A stretch of DNA of 50,241 nucleotides from Actinomycetota bacterium (GTDB lineage Bacteria; Actinomycetota; Actinomycetes; Nanopelagicales; Nanopelagicaceae): contig RHBS01000001.1 in the NCBI GenBank assembly GCA_010030895.1, positions 1 through 50,241 on the forward strand, in the 5' to 3' direction. The notes under the pieces are model-generated. The model ran no database searches. It was not told the origin of the DNA and saw only the letters and a list, made by a program, of their open reading frames with translations. This document shows positions 9,822 to 21,168 of the stretch, piece by piece. A program made the position numbers and the translations under genes. Numbering within the stretch: the stretch's first letter is position 1; each line of letters opens with the position of its first letter.

Positions 9822-12020
9822 ATGGAGGGTCAAGATGTTCAATCAGCCGTTGCCAAAATTGATAACGGTAAGTTCGGAAAGCGGGAGATCCGCTTCGAAA
9901 CAGGTCGACTAGCTCGACAAGCAGCAGGAACTGCTGTTGTTTATTTGGATGATGACAGTATGTTGCTATCTGCAACTACTGCATCAAAGAATCCAAAAGA
10001 TCAATTTGATTTCTTTCCACTAACAGTTGATGTGGAAGAGAGAATGTATGCTGCTGGAAAAATTCCAGGATCATTTTTTCGACGTGAAGGACGTCCTTCC
10101 GAGGATGCAATCCTTACCTGTCGTTTAATTGACCGACCACTACGTCCATCCTTTATTAAAGGTTTGCGTAATGAGGTGCAAATTGTTGTAACAGTTATGG
10201 CACTAAATCCAGATCATATGTATGACGTAATTGCCATCAATGCAGCGTCTATGTCAACACAATTAGCTGGTCTACCATTTTCTGGTCCAATCGGTGGTGT
10301 TCGTGTTGCTTTGATTGAAGGCCAATGGGTGGCATTTCCAAATCATTCTGACTTGGAAAAAGCTGTCTTTGACATGGTGGTAGCAGGTCGAATTTCAGAT
10401 AATGATGTTGCAATCATGATGGTAGAGGCGGAAGCAACATCAAAGACAATTGAATTAATCAAGGGTGGCGCAACTGTGCCAACAGAAGAAATTGTTGGAC
10501 AAGGACTTGAGGCAGCAAAGCCATTTATTAAGACACTTTGTGAAGCTCAATTAGCGCTAGCAAAGCTTGCAGCTAAGCCAACTGGCGAGTTTCCTGTGTA
10601 TCTTGATTATCAAGATGATATCTATGCTGTTGTTGAAAAAGCGGCAAAAGACGAGCTAGCAAAAGCATTAACAATTGCTGGAAAGCAAGAGCGTGAAAGT
10701 AAATTAGATGAAATAAATCAAGCAGTAACTGAAAAAATAACTGCAGATTTTCCCGAGCGGGTTAAAGAAATTTCAGCCGCACTTCGTTCTGTAACCAAAA
10801 AATTAGTGCGTCAACGTGTCTTGCGAGAGAAAATTCGAATTGATGGCCGTGGGCTTCGTGATATTCGGGCATTAACGGCAGAGGTTGAGGTAATTCCTCG
10901 AGTACATGGATCTGCAATATTTGAACGTGGTGAAACTCAAATTCTGGGAATTACTACCTTAAATATGTTAAAGATGGAGCAACAACTAGATACGCTCTCT
11001 CCAGAGGACCATAAGCGTTACATGCATAATTACAACTTCCCACCATATTCAGTTGGTGAAACGGGAAGAGTAGGTTCACCAAAGCGACGCGAAATTGGAC
11101 ATGGCGCATTAGCTGAACGTGCTTTACTCCCAGTTCTACCAACTCGTGAAGAGTTTCCATATGCAATTCGTCAGGTCTCTGAGGCGCTTGGTTCAAATGG
11201 ATCAACTTCGATGGGATCAGTTTGTGCTTCTACTATGTCATTACTTAATGCTGGCGTTCCTCTAAAGGCACCAGTTGCAGGAATTGCAATGGGTCTAATT
11301 TCAGATGAGGTAGATGGCAAAACTGAGTATGTGGCATTAACAGATATTTTGGGAGCAGAGGATGCTTTTGGCGATATGGATTTCAAGGTTGCAGGTACTA
11401 AGGAATTTGTAACTGCTCTTCAACTTGATACCAAGCTAGATGGTATTCCTGCTTCAGTTTTATCGGCAGCACTCTTGCAAGCAAAAGAGGCCAGATTAGC
11501 GATTCTAGATGTTATGAATCAGGCAATTGCTACACCAGATGAAATGTCACTACTTGCACCAAGGATTATTTCAATCAAGGTACCAGTTGACATGATTGGT
11601 GCTGTAATTGGACCAAAGGGCAAAATGATTAATCAAATTCAGGATGAAACTGGAGCTGATATCACCATTGAAGATGACGGAACAATTTACATTGGTGCAA
11701 CTGAAGGTTCTGCGGCTGAGGCTGCAAAGGCGCAAATTAATGCAATTGCAAATCCAGTCCAGTTATCGGTTGGCGATAAATTCAATGGCTCCGTAGTTAA
11801 GCTAGCGACTTTTGGTGCATTTGTTAATCTTGCCCCAGGCAAAGATGGCTTACTACATATCTCACAAATCCGAAAAATGCATGGTGGTAAACGGATTGAA
11901 AACCTCGAAGAGGTTATGAAAGTTGGCGAGAAGATTGAAGTTGTAATTAATGAAATTGATCCAAAAGGAAAATACTCATTAGTTCCAGCAAATCTTCCAG
12001 AAGAATCTAAGTCAGAGTAA
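9822..12020 (+). CDS. pnp: Polyribonucleotide nucleotidyltransferase (PNPase/GpsI)
   Basis: Two RNase PH domains ([25 protein letters not shown]) plus KH and S1. Confidence 0.99.
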   Translation: MEGQDVQSAVAKIDNGKFGKREIRFETGRLARQAAGTAVVYLDDDSMLLSATTASKNPKDQFDFFPLTVDVEERMYAAGKIPGSFFRREGRPSEDAILTCRLIDRPLRPSFIKGLRNEVQIVVTVMALNPDHMYDVIAINAASMSTQLAGLPFSGPIGGVRVALIEGQWVAFPNHSDLEKAVFDMVVAGRISDNDVAIMMVEAEATSKTIELIKGGATVPTEEIVGQGLEAAKPFIKTLCEAQLALAKLAAKPTGEFPVYLDYQDDIYAVVEKAAKDELAKALTIAGKQERESKLDEINQAVTEKITADFPERVKEISAALRSVTKKLVRQRVLREKIRIDGRGLRDIRALTAEVEVIPRVHGSAIFERGETQILGITTLNMLKMEQQLDTLSPEDHKRYMHNYNFPPYSVGETGRVGSPKRREIGHGALAERALLPVLPTREEFPYAIRQVSEALGSNGSTSMGSVCASTMSLLNAGVPLKAPVAGIAMGLISDEVDGKTEYVALTDILGAEDAFGDMDFKVAGTKEFVTALQLDTKLDGIPASVLSAALLQAKEARLAILDVMNQAIATPDEMSLLAPRIISIKVPVDMIGAVIGPKGKMINQIQDETGADITIEDDGTIYIGATEGSAAEAAKAQINAIANPVQLSVGDKFNGSVVKLATFGAFVNLAPGKDGLLHISQIRKMHGGKRIENLEEVMKVGEKIEVVINEIDPKGKYSLVPANLPEESKSE

Positions 12021-12021
12021 T

Positions 12022-13293
12022 TTGGCCAGAACAGTTTTACCAAGTGGGCTACGAATAGTCACTGAGGAAGAAAAATCTGTTCGCTCTGCAGCTTTTGGTA
12101 TTTGGGTCAATGTTGGCTCCCGAGATGAATCTAATTCAACTGCGGGAGCTTCACATTTTCTAGAACACTTGCTCTTTAAAGGAACTAAAAAAAGATCGTC
12201 ATTAGAGATTTCATCATCAATTGAGGCGGTTGGTGGAGAAACTAATGCATTTACATCAAAAGAGTACACCTGCTTTTATGCACGGGTAATCGATAAAGAT
12301 CTTCCACTAGCGGTAGATGTAATTAGTGATTTGATTACGTCATCAGTTGTAAGAGCAGAGGATGTGGAGGCTGAGCGTAAAGTTGTTTTAGAAGAGATTG
12401 CGATGCGCGATGATGATCCAAGTGATCTAATTCATGACCTGTTTCTTGAAAAATATTACGGTGATACACCCTTAGGTCGACCAATTTTAGGTAGCGTAAA
12501 TTCAATTAAGAATATGAGCAGAAACACCGTATTTAATTATTATAAAAATAGGTATAAACCAGAGGACTTAGTAGTTGCAGTTGCTGGCAATGTTAAGCAT
12601 AAAAAAGTTGTTCAATTAGTTGAAGAAGCGTTAAGTAAAGATGAATTTCTTGATCAGCCAAAAAAAGAATTCAAAGTTCGTACTAGCGCTCAAGTAAAAG
12701 TTGTAGGTAGAGGTAAAGTTACTCTCCTAGATAAGAAAACTGAACAAGCTCATATAGTTTATGGTGTTCCGGGCGTTGCTCGTGAAGATAAAAGTCGATT
12801 TGCATTAAGTGTTTTATCCTCTGCAATTGGTGGTGGTATGTCATCAAGATTATTCCAAGAAATTCGGGAAAAGCGCGGGCTTGCGTACTCAACATATGCA
12901 TATAGTCAACAATTTGCAGGTAGTGGAGTTTTATCTTTTTATGTCGGGTGCAAACCAGATAAGGCTGAGGAGTCAATAAAGATTATTCAATCAATTCTTT
13001 ATGATATTGCTGAGAATGGCTTAACCCAGGAGGAGATTGAAAGAGCAAAGGGAGCAGTATCGGGGGCATTGGTTTTAAGCCAAGAAGATACTGGTTCGAG
13101 AATGACCCGGATCGGTAAAAGTGAATTAGTTTATGGGCAGATTTTGAGCTTTGATGAGATTCTTCGCGAGGTTGCAAATGTAACACCAGAGCAAATTAAG
13201 GAAATTGCCCACAAAACTCTGCCTACTTCTCCTACGCTTGCGGTCGTGGGACCATTTAGATCAAGAAGTAAATTCGAGAGGTTAATCTCATGA
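12022..13293 (+). CDS. M16 family zinc peptidase (PepR-like)
   Basis: Inverted zinc motif HFLEH, NAFT, SSRLFQEIREKRGLAYS; TTG start; conserved after pnp. Confidence 0.93.
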   Translation: MARTVLPSGLRIVTEEEKSVRSAAFGIWVNVGSRDESNSTAGASHFLEHLLFKGTKKRSSLEISSSIEAVGGETNAFTSKEYTCFYARVIDKDLPLAVDVISDLITSSVVRAEDVEAERKVVLEEIAMRDDDPSDLIHDLFLEKYYGDTPLGRPILGSVNSIKNMSRNTVFNYYKNRYKPEDLVVAVAGNVKHKKVVQLVEEALSKDEFLDQPKKEFKVRTSAQVKVVGRGKVTLLDKKTEQAHIVYGVPGVAREDKSRFALSVLSSAIGGGMSSRLFQEIREKRGLAYSTYAYSQQFAGSGVLSFYVGCKPDKAEESIKIIQSILYDIAENGLTQEEIERAKGAVSGALVLSQEDTGSRMTRIGKSELVYGQILSFDEILREVANVTPEQIKEIAHKTLPTSPTLAVVGPFRSRSKFERLIS

Positions 13294-14036
13294 AGGTAGC
13301 TGTTTTGGGTGCTAAGGGAAGAATGGGTACGGAAGCAGTTGCAGCAATTAATGCTGCAAGTGATCTAACCTTAAGCGCTGCACTTGATATCGGAGATTCG
13401 CTTGAAAAATTAACACAATCAGAAACTGAGATTTTAGTTGACTTTACGACGCCAGATTCTGTGATGAAGAACCTAGAGTTTGCCATTAAAAATGGAATTC
13501 ATGTTGTGGTGGGAACTACAGGATTTGATGATAAAAAATTAGAAATACTAAAAAATTTACTAAGCAATCAACCTAAAGTAGGGGCATTAATCGCTCCAAA
13601 TTTTGGATTGGGAGCTGTACTAATGATGCAATTTTCACAAACCGCTGCTAAATATTTTGAAAGTGTTGAAATTATTGAAATGCACCATGCAAACAAGATC
13701 GATGCACCATCTGGAACAGCAGTTAGAACCGCTGAAATTATTTCAAGTGCTCGTAAAGAAAGTAAAAAATCTAAAATGCCAGATGCAACAAAATCAGCAC
13801 TACCCGGAGCCAGAGGTGCCAATGTCGCAGATGTGCCAGTGCATTCAATTAGAGGGCACGGTTATGTTGCTCATCAGGAAGTTGTATTCTCAGATGCTGG
13901 TGAAACTTTAACTATTAGACATGATTCAATTAATAGGTCTGGTTTTATGCCCGGAGTTTTAATCGGAATTAGAAATGTTGCAAAACATCCAGGACTAACT
14001 GTTGGTCTTGAAAACTATATGGAGGGAATGAAATGA
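13290..14036 (+). CDS. dapB: 4-hydroxy-tetrahydrodipicolinate reductase
   Basis: GAKGRMG, VVGTTG and EMHHANKIDAPSGTA motifs. Confidence 0.97.
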   Translation: MKVAVLGAKGRMGTEAVAAINAASDLTLSAALDIGDSLEKLTQSETEILVDFTTPDSVMKNLEFAIKNGIHVVVGTTGFDDKKLEILKNLLSNQPKVGALIAPNFGLGAVLMMQFSQTAAKYFESVEIIEMHHANKIDAPSGTAVRTAEIISSARKESKKSKMPDATKSALPGARGANVADVPVHSIRGHGYVAHQEVVFSDAGETLTIRHDSINRSGFMPGVLIGIRNVAKHPGLTVGLENYMEGMK

Positions 14037-14284
14037 GTGATATAACAATGTATGGCGCTGAATGGTGTGGTGATTGCAGAAGGTCTAAGAAGTTTTTAGA
14101 CTCAAACAATGTTTCATATAACTACATCGATGTAGAAGCTGATGCCAGTGCATCCGAAAAGGTAATTGAAATTAATGGCGGTATGCGTTCAATTCCAGTG
14201 ATTTTATTCCCTGATGGAACGCACCTAACTGAACCTTCAGATGCAGCTCTAAAAGAAAAACTTGTGGCGCTGAAGAAACTTTAG
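14033..14284 (+). CDS. Glutaredoxin/mycoredoxin-like redox protein
   Basis: WCGDC active site, SIPV cis-Pro, DG motif; 83 aa. Confidence 0.85.
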   Translation: MSDITMYGAEWCGDCRRSKKFLDSNNVSYNYIDVEADASASEKVIEINGGMRSIPVILFPDGTHLTEPSDAALKEKLVALKKL

Positions 14285-14589
14285 AACAAGTTGTAAATTG
14301 CTGCGGAGGTAATTGCTGCGGACGCAACAACAATTGGAAATGAAGCCTTAAGTTTTAGGGCAATTAACGCAACTATTACGCCAGCAAATCTTTGGTCTAT
14401 TACTAACTCTTTCTTAGTAGCAAAGGTCTGAACTCCAACGAGTGCACTTAGCAGCACAATTGGAACTAGCGTATTAATTCTTTTAAACCTAGGTCGGTCC
14501 AGCCACCTTTCTGGAACGCTATGACCAATATATTTGTTTAAGAATGCAGTAATACTTGATCCGATAACTGCTATCCAAATTGAACTCAT
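14281..14589 (-). CDS. azlD: AzlD domain-containing membrane protein
   Basis: Small hydrophobic protein with LVPIVLLSALV; ATGA overlap with azlC; start set at ATG 14589. Confidence 0.8.
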   Translation of the reverse strand: MSSIWIAVIGSSITAFLNKYIGHSVPERWLDRPRFKRINTLVPIVLLSALVGVQTFATKKELVIDQRFAGVIVALIALKLKASFPIVVASAAITSAAIYNLF

Positions 14590-15248
14590 TTTCTCCACCC
14601 AAAAATAATTGCCAGTATTACAGTTGTGATAATAGGAATTCCAGCTGCTGTTAATGGAGTTAGTGAGAGAGCCAGAATTATTGCAAAGGCAGAGATCAAA
14701 AATTGTTTTTTACTTTTAAGTCTTGGCCATACCAAGCCACAGAAAGCCGCAGGCACTGCAGCATCTAAACCCCAAACTGCTGGATCACCAATTGCACTTG
14801 CACCGAGTGCGCCTAAATAAGTAAATGAATTCCAAAAAATATATACGCCAATACCTGTTAAGTAAAAGCCTCTTCTTCTATCAACATCATTTTCCTGAAG
14901 TGTGGCCACAGCCGTTGACTCATCAATAGTAATTTGCGCTGATAAGACTTTTTTTAATCCGGTTACTTTCAAAATAGGTGCCATTTGCAATCCATAAAGT
15001 GCGTTTCTAAATCCCAGTAATGTGGCTGTGGCGATTGCACTCAGCGCAGATCCGCCAGCTCCCATAATTCCAACAACTGCAAATTGCGATGCACCAGAAA
15101 AAAGTAGTAGGGATAGTAGGCAGGTTTGTAGAATTGTAAAACCTGCAGTCACACCAGCAGCCCCAAAAGCTGCACCGTAGAGCCCAACCGTAAATGCAAC
15201 ACTCAGCGATGTTCGTGATACAGCATCATTTTTCGGTTTTATTGACAC
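14586..15248 (-). CDS. azlC: AzlC family branched-chain amino acid exporter permease
   Basis: FSGASQF, RNALYG, IDESTAVA and GLDAAVPAAF motifs. Confidence 0.9.
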   Translation of the reverse strand: MSIKPKNDAVSRTSLSVAFTVGLYGAAFGAAGVTAGFTILQTCLLSLLLFSGASQFAVVGIMGAGGSALSAIATATLLGFRNALYGLQMAPILKVTGLKKVLSAQITIDESTAVATLQENDVDRRRGFYLTGIGVYIFWNSFTYLGALGASAIGDPAVWGLDAAVPAAFCGLVWPRLKSKKQFLISAFAIILALSLTPLTAAGIPIITTVILAIIFGWRK

Positions 15249-15254
15249 GCCGAC

Positions 15255-15260
15255 ACTTTA
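15255..15260 (-). promoter_or_regulatory. -10 (TAAAGT) of probable leaderless azlC transcript
   Basis: 6 nt upstream of the GTG start on the minus strand. Confidence 0.5.
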
Positions 15261-15287
15261 ATCCAGAGAATCATCAATCACCAAAGA

Positions 15288-15293
15288 TAGGGT
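15288..15293 (+). promoter_or_regulatory. -10 (TAGGGT) of probable leaderless thyX transcript
   Basis: 7 nt before ATG 15301; no SD. Confidence 0.55.
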
Positions 15294-15300
15294 CGCGCTC

Positions 15301-16020
15301 ATGGGTGATGAGATACTTTTTAGAGATGATGTGTCGGTTGAATTAGTAAAATCTAGCGCAAGTGATGCGGATGTAATCTGGGCAGCAAGGGTTTCAACTG
15401 CGGGTGATAAATCGCTTGAAGATGTAGGTGCGGATGCAGCTAAATCTGAAGGATTGATAAATTATTTAGCTAGAGAGCGCCATGGCTCACCATTTGAACA
15501 TACTTCAATGACATTTTTTATTTCCGCCCCAATTTTTGTATTCCGTGAGTTTATGCGCCATCGAATTGCCTCTTACAATGAAGAAAGTGGCAGATACCGA
15601 GAACTTAAACCGGTTTTCTATATTCCAAATAAAGATAGAAAACTAGTTCAGATTGGAAAAGCTGGTTCCTATACTTTTGTTGATGGTACTGAAGAGCAAT
15701 ATAAGGTTACTGTTGATGCCATAAAGGAAACTTGTAAACTTGCCTATAGCAATTATCAAAAAATGTTGGCTGCTGGAGTAGCTCGTGAAGTTGCTAGAGC
15801 AGTTCTACCGGTAACGCTTTATTCATCAATGTATGTAACTATGAATGCCAGGGCGTTAATGAACTTTTTATCTTTGAGAACTTCAAGAGAAGGTTCACAT
15901 TTTCCTTCCTACCCTCAGCGGGAAATAGAGATGGTTGCAGAGAAAATGGAAGCGGAGTTTGCCAAATTAATGCCAATAACATACGGAGCCTTCCAAAAAT
16001 CTGGTCGCATAGCACCATAG
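15301..16020 (+). CDS. thyX: FAD-dependent thymidylate synthase ThyX
   Basis: HGSPFEH, RHRIASYNEESGRY and REVARAVLP motifs. Confidence 0.97.
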   Translation: MGDEILFRDDVSVELVKSSASDADVIWAARVSTAGDKSLEDVGADAAKSEGLINYLARERHGSPFEHTSMTFFISAPIFVFREFMRHRIASYNEESGRYRELKPVFYIPNKDRKLVQIGKAGSYTFVDGTEEQYKVTVDAIKETCKLAYSNYQKMLAAGVAREVARAVLPVTLYSSMYVTMNARALMNFLSLRTSREGSHFPSYPQREIEMVAEKMEAEFAKLMPITYGAFQKSGRIAP

Positions 16021-16028
16021 ATAAGAGG

Positions 16029-16034
16029 TAGCCT
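16029..16034 (+). promoter_or_regulatory. -10 (TAGCCT) of probable leaderless dapA transcript
   Basis: 6 nt before ATG 16041. Confidence 0.55.
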
Positions 16035-16040
16035 TACTCC

Positions 16041-16931
16041 ATGCAAATCACGCCACCATTTGGCAGATTAATTACCGCCATGGTTACGCCATTTACAAAA
16101 AGTGGTGAAATTGATTGGGCTGGATTGGAAAAAATTGCTTCACATTTAGTTGCCTCAGGGCATGATGGAATTGCTGTTAATGGTACAACTGGTGAAGCGC
16201 CGACAACTTCAGATGATGAAAAAGATCAAATAATTAAGAGTGTTCGAAAAGTAGTCGGCGATAAAATTAAAATCATTGCTGGTGCAGGAAACAATGAAAC
16301 ATCACATTCCATTGAGCAGGCACAACGTGCAGCCAAGGCGGGTGCAGATGGTTTACTAGTTGTAACTCCTTATTACAACAAGCCACCGCAGGCTGGCATT
16401 TATGCACATTTTTCTGCGATGGCAGATGCAACTGATTTGCCAGTAATGCTTTATGACATTCCGGGCAGAACTGGAATAGAGATTGAATCAGATACCATTG
16501 TTAAATTATCTGAGCACAAAAATATTACGGCTCTAAAGGATGCAAAAGGTAATCCTGCCGCAACCTCTTGGGTTATTAAAAGATGTGGAATTCCAGTTTA
16601 TTCAGGTGATGATATTTTAAATCTACCCTTGCTATCAGTAGGGGCAGTCGGATTTGTTTCTGTTTGTGGCCACACAGTTGGTAGCCAGCTTCGAGCGATG
16701 TTGGATGCTTGGTTTTCTGGTGACGCAAATAAGGCACTAGAAATTCATCAACAACTGCTACCAGTTTTTACTGGCACATTTCGCACGCAAGGAGCAATAC
16801 TTACAAAAGCTGCTCTCAATTTAATGGGACTTCCAGGTGGGTTTACAAGATTGCCACTTGTAGATGCTACTGCAGATCAAATTTCGCAATTAAAGAGCGA
16901 TCTACAATCTGGTGGCGTTAAATTAAAGTAA
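16041..16931 (+). CDS. dapA: 4-hydroxy-tetrahydrodipicolinate synthase
   Basis: GTTGE, VTPYYNKP, LYDIPGRT and catalytic KDA motifs. Confidence 0.97.
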   Translation: MQITPPFGRLITAMVTPFTKSGEIDWAGLEKIASHLVASGHDGIAVNGTTGEAPTTSDDEKDQIIKSVRKVVGDKIKIIAGAGNNETSHSIEQAQRAAKAGADGLLVVTPYYNKPPQAGIYAHFSAMADATDLPVMLYDIPGRTGIEIESDTIVKLSEHKNITALKDAKGNPAATSWVIKRCGIPVYSGDDILNLPLLSVGAVGFVSVCGHTVGSQLRAMLDAWFSGDANKALEIHQQLLPVFTGTFRTQGAILTKAALNLMGLPGGFTRLPLVDATADQISQLKSDLQSGGVKLK

Positions 16932-16935
16932 TTCG

Positions 16936-18618
16936 ATGAATCATCCTCATCCAGGACTTCCTTATCCAACAAAGTTAGCTAAAAAGACACTTCGAATTGT
17001 GGCTCTGGGCGGCCTAGGCGAAATTGGTCGAAATATGACGGTTTTCGAGTATGAGGGAAGATTACTAATTGTTGATTGTGGTGTTTTGTTTCCAGGTGAT
17101 GATCAACCGGGCATTGATTTAATTCTGCCGGATTTTTCATATCTTAAAGATCGAATGAATGATATTGAGGCAATCTTTCTAACACACGGACATGAGGACC
17201 ATATTGGTGCAGTTCCATACTTATTACGTGAACGAAGTGATATTCGAATTATTGGTTCGCAACTAACCTTGGCATTTGTTGCACCGAAGTTAAAAGAGCG
17301 CAGAATCACTGCTCCCATGACACAGGTTAAAGCAGGACAAATTGAAAAAGTTGGACCATTTACACTTGAGTTTGTAACAGTAAATCATTCAATTCCTGAC
17401 TCGTTGGCAGTTGCAATAAAAACTCCAGCCGGAGTGGTTTTACATACTGGTGATTTTAAAATGGACAAAATGCCATTAGATGGGAAGGTTACTGATCTAG
17501 AAGCTTTTGCAAGATTAGGTAAAGAGGGAGTTGATTTATTCTTAGTCGATTCAACTAACGCTGATATACCTGGACTAACTGTGTCAGAAAAAGATATTTA
17601 TCCAGCACTTAAGCAAGCAATTGAAAAAACACCTCGTAGAGTTGTAGTTACGTCTTTTGCATCTCATGTACATCGTATTCAGCAGGTCTTAAACGCCTCA
17701 GTTGAGGCAAATCGTAAAGTTGCATATGTTGGTAGATCAATGATTCGCAATATGAAATTAGCAGAAGATTTAGGTTATTTAAAAGTTCCAACTGGATTAG
17801 TGGTAGATTACAAGGATATAGATGAATTCGGTGACAAGATTGTATTGATTTGTACTGGATCTCAAGGTGAGCCGTTAGCTGCACTTTCACGAATCGCAAA
17901 TGGAGATCACGAGATTAGAGTTGGTAAAGGTGACACAGTTGTCTTGGCATCATCACTAATTCCTGGTAACGAAAAATCTGTTTATCGTGTGATTAATGAA
18001 TTAACTCGGTTTGGTGCCCATGTCGTACATAAAGGAAATGCAATGGTGCACGTATCTGGCCACGCCTCTGCAGGTGAATTACTACACTGCTATGAGGTTG
18101 TTAAGCCAAAAAATGTATTGCCAGTTCACGGTGAATGGCGCCATATGAGAGCAAATGCCGACTTGGCAATGCAATCAGGATTATCCGAGAATAATGTTGT
18201 AATAGCAGAAAATGGAATAACAGTTGATGTAGCAAATGGCCATGCAGATATTTCTGGATCTATTCCATGCGGATATGTATACGTAGATGGTCAAAGTGTG
18301 GGAGAAATAACTGAAAGCTCTCTTAAAGATAGAAGGATTTTAGGTGATGAAGGATTTATTTCAGTCGTAGTTGTTATTGATTCCCAAAGCGGAAAAATTG
18401 TTGCTGGGCCTGATATTCATGCCAGGGGATTTACGGAGGACAAAACATTATTTGATGATGTAAAAGGCGATATAGAAAAAGCACTGAGCAAAGCTGTTGC
18501 TGGCGGATTTAATGGAACTCACCAGTTATCGCAAGTGGTTCGAAGAACGATCGGTAGTTGGGTAGGAGAGGAGCATCGCCGGAAACCGATGATCATTCCG
18601 TTGGTCATAGAGGTTTAG
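16936..18618 (+). CDS. rnj: Ribonuclease J
   Basis: [32 protein letters not shown] and PVHGE motifs. Confidence 0.97.
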   Translation: MNHPHPGLPYPTKLAKKTLRIVALGGLGEIGRNMTVFEYEGRLLIVDCGVLFPGDDQPGIDLILPDFSYLKDRMNDIEAIFLTHGHEDHIGAVPYLLRERSDIRIIGSQLTLAFVAPKLKERRITAPMTQVKAGQIEKVGPFTLEFVTVNHSIPDSLAVAIKTPAGVVLHTGDFKMDKMPLDGKVTDLEAFARLGKEGVDLFLVDSTNADIPGLTVSEKDIYPALKQAIEKTPRRVVVTSFASHVHRIQQVLNASVEANRKVAYVGRSMIRNMKLAEDLGYLKVPTGLVVDYKDIDEFGDKIVLICTGSQGEPLAALSRIANGDHEIRVGKGDTVVLASSLIPGNEKSVYRVINELTRFGAHVVHKGNAMVHVSGHASAGELLHCYEVVKPKNVLPVHGEWRHMRANADLAMQSGLSENNVVIAENGITVDVANGHADISGSIPCGYVYVDGQSVGEITESSLKDRRILGDEGFISVVVVIDSQSGKIVAGPDIHARGFTEDKTLFDDVKGDIEKALSKAVAGGFNGTHQLSQVVRRTIGSWVGEEHRRKPMIIPLVIEV

Positions 18619-18701
18619 TTTGCAAGACTCTTTAATTTTTTCGTACAAAGTGCGCGCCATTTATGGCTTGCATTTAACTTATTCCTTAGGCTTATCTTCT
18701 T

Positions 18702-21032
18702 ATGGCAAAAAAGAAATCGGGAAAAAAACTTCGAATATTTGCACCACTAGTTAGAGGTTTTACTTTCCTTTGGGGATTTATCGCCAAGGTTTTAGGAAAT
18801 TCCATTCGATTTGTTTTTCGCTCTTCAAAAGAACTCGATCCGGCCCACCAGCGTGATGGTATTGCCTTTTTTCTATTTATTTTGGCGTTGATTTTCGCAG
18901 CCGGCATCTGGTTTACTTTAGATAATCCTCTTGGTAGAGCTACATACTCATTTTTATTTGGTGCTGTCGGTCAGCTGGCTTACTTAGTGCCACTCATATT
19001 TATCTACTTTGCATATCGATTTTTTAGATCACCTGATGAAAGTTCAGATACTGGTCGTATTACTATAGGCACGCTTCTAATTGTTATTAGCTCTACCTCA
19101 TTGATACACATCATTAGCGGTTCGGTAGGAACTGGAGCAACTGCCATTCGAGACGGCGGCGGTTTGGTTGGATATGCAATTTCAAAATCACTTATCGCTA
19201 TTGTCACTGAGGTTTTAGCAATTCCAATTCTGTTAATATTTCTAATTTTTGGCTTACTAGTTTTTACCAAGACACCATTATCTAGAGTTTTTCAACAACT
19301 CGGTAAGGTTTTCAAATTTGGTTCATCGAGTATTTCAGGTTTTAGAGCTAAACGAGCAGATCGCTTAGTTGCTGAGGATTTTGAAATAAGTGAAAACCCT
19401 CCATTTGAAACACCTTTAGTAAAAGATTTAGTACAAGAGTTTGAACCAGATCAATTAGAGTATGAGGTTGAGCTAGAGGATTTTGATCAAATTACTCAAC
19501 CAATACCGGTTGCAAAACCTAGAATAAATGAAGCTACTAGGCCGCAACAATTATTACTTTCATCTGATGTTAAGTATGAGCTTCCCTCTCTTGATTTACT
19601 TCGAGGTGGGCCAGCAGCTAAAGGTAAATCAAAGGTCAATGAAACTGTAGTTGCAGCGCTAAAGCAGGTATTTGATCAGTTCGGGGTTGATGCCGAAGTT
19701 ACTGGATTTATGCGCGGACCGACTGTTACCAGGTATGAGGTAGAACTTGGAAATGGCGTAAAGGTAGAGGCAATATCGGCACTTTCTAAAAATATTGCAT
19801 ATGCAGTAGCAAGTGGCGAGATCAGAATACTTTCACCCATTCCAGGAAAATCGGCAGTTGGAATTGAAATTCCTAATTCTGACCGCGAAATTGTTGCTTT
19901 AGGAGATGTTTTAAGATCTCCAGTTTCTGGAAATGACAACCATCCGATGTTAATTGCTCTAGGTAAAGATGTTGAAGGCTCATTCTTGTGTGCCAACTTA
20001 GCAAAGATGCCACATTTACTTGTGGCTGGTGCAACCGGTGCAGGTAAATCCTCCATGATTAATTCATTAGTAGTTTCGATTTTAATGAGGGCAACTCCCG
20101 ATGAAGTTCGTTTAGTTCTAATTGATCCTAAGCGGGTTGAGTTAACAAATTATGAGGGAGTACCCCACTTGATAGCGCCAATTATTACAAATCCCAAAAA
20201 AGCTGCAGATGTTTTATCTTGGGTAGTGCGTGAGATGGAGATGCGTTATGACGATCTTTCACTCTTTGGTTTTAGACACATAGATGATTTCAATAAAGCA
20301 GTTAAGGCCGGCAAGGTAAATCCACCTGCGGGTAGTGAGAGAGTTTTAGAGCCTTATCCATATCTACTGGTAATAGTAGATGAGTTAGCAGATTTAATGA
20401 TGGTGGCTGCTCGCGAGGTGGAGGAGTCAATAGTTCGAATTACACAATTAGCAAGAGCTGCTGGAATACATTTAGTGTTAGCTACTCAGCGGCCAAGCGT
20501 TGATATCGTTACTGGATTAATTAAGGCGAATGTGCCATCAAGACTTTCGTTTGCTACTAGCAGCTTGGCTGATTCTAGAGTTATTTTAGATACTCCAGGT
20601 GCTGAAAAATTGGTGGGCCAAGGTGACGGATTATTTTTACCAATGGGGGCAAGCAAGCCAGTTAGAATTCAAGGAGCTTATATTTCAGAGCGGGAGATTG
20701 AAGCGATAGTAAATCACGTCAAAGCTCAATTGCAGCCAGTTTATAGAATTGACATAAATGCACCTGTTAAATCTAATGTGATAACAGATGAGATTGGTGA
20801 TGATTTGGATTTGCTACTACAAGCAATTCAATTAGTAGTGTCTACTCAATTTGGCTCAACCTCAATGCTGCAACGTAAATTAAGGGTTGGATTTGCCAAG
20901 GCTGGGCGATTAATGGATTTGATGGAAAGTCGTGGAATTGTGGGACCAACAGAAGGCTCTAAAGCCCGGGCGGTTTTGATTAACGCCGAGCAAATGCCAG
21001 ATGTATTGGAATCGATTAGGGGGAACTCGTAG
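18702..21032 (+). CDS. ftsK: DNA translocase FtsK
   Basis: N-terminal TM region, GATGAGKS Walker [18 protein letters not shown], gamma domain ([16 protein letters not shown]). Confidence 0.98.
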   Translation: MAKKKSGKKLRIFAPLVRGFTFLWGFIAKVLGNSIRFVFRSSKELDPAHQRDGIAFFLFILALIFAAGIWFTLDNPLGRATYSFLFGAVGQLAYLVPLIFIYFAYRFFRSPDESSDTGRITIGTLLIVISSTSLIHIISGSVGTGATAIRDGGGLVGYAISKSLIAIVTEVLAIPILLIFLIFGLLVFTKTPLSRVFQQLGKVFKFGSSSISGFRAKRADRLVAEDFEISENPPFETPLVKDLVQEFEPDQLEYEVELEDFDQITQPIPVAKPRINEATRPQQLLLSSDVKYELPSLDLLRGGPAAKGKSKVNETVVAALKQVFDQFGVDAEVTGFMRGPTVTRYEVELGNGVKVEAISALSKNIAYAVASGEIRILSPIPGKSAVGIEIPNSDREIVALGDVLRSPVSGNDNHPMLIALGKDVEGSFLCANLAKMPHLLVAGATGAGKSSMINSLVVSILMRATPDEVRLVLIDPKRVELTNYEGVPHLIAPIITNPKKAADVLSWVVREMEMRYDDLSLFGFRHIDDFNKAVKAGKVNPPAGSERVLEPYPYLLVIVDELADLMMVAAREVEESIVRITQLARAAGIHLVLATQRPSVDIVTGLIKANVPSRLSFATSSLADSRVILDTPGAEKLVGQGDGLFLPMGASKPVRIQGAYISEREIEAIVNHVKAQLQPVYRIDINAPVKSNVITDEIGDDLDLLLQAIQLVVSTQFGSTSMLQRKLRVGFAKAGRLMDLMESRGIVGPTEGSKARAVLINAEQMPDVLESIRGNS

Positions 21033-21168
21033 AAAAATAGGGTGAAAGGATGGGTGAAAAAAATAATGGAAGAAATTGAGCGCAAGTCCCACTTTCAAGG
21101 GTCAAAAAAACTTTTCTAATTCTTCAATTCAGTTCTATCATTAGCCATCCCCAAATGAAGGTGTGGCT

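Noticed and set aside
18651-18675. Hairpin GCCA-TTTA-TGGC between rnj and ftsK as a terminator
   Set aside because: Short interrupted stem and weak U-tract; not enough support.
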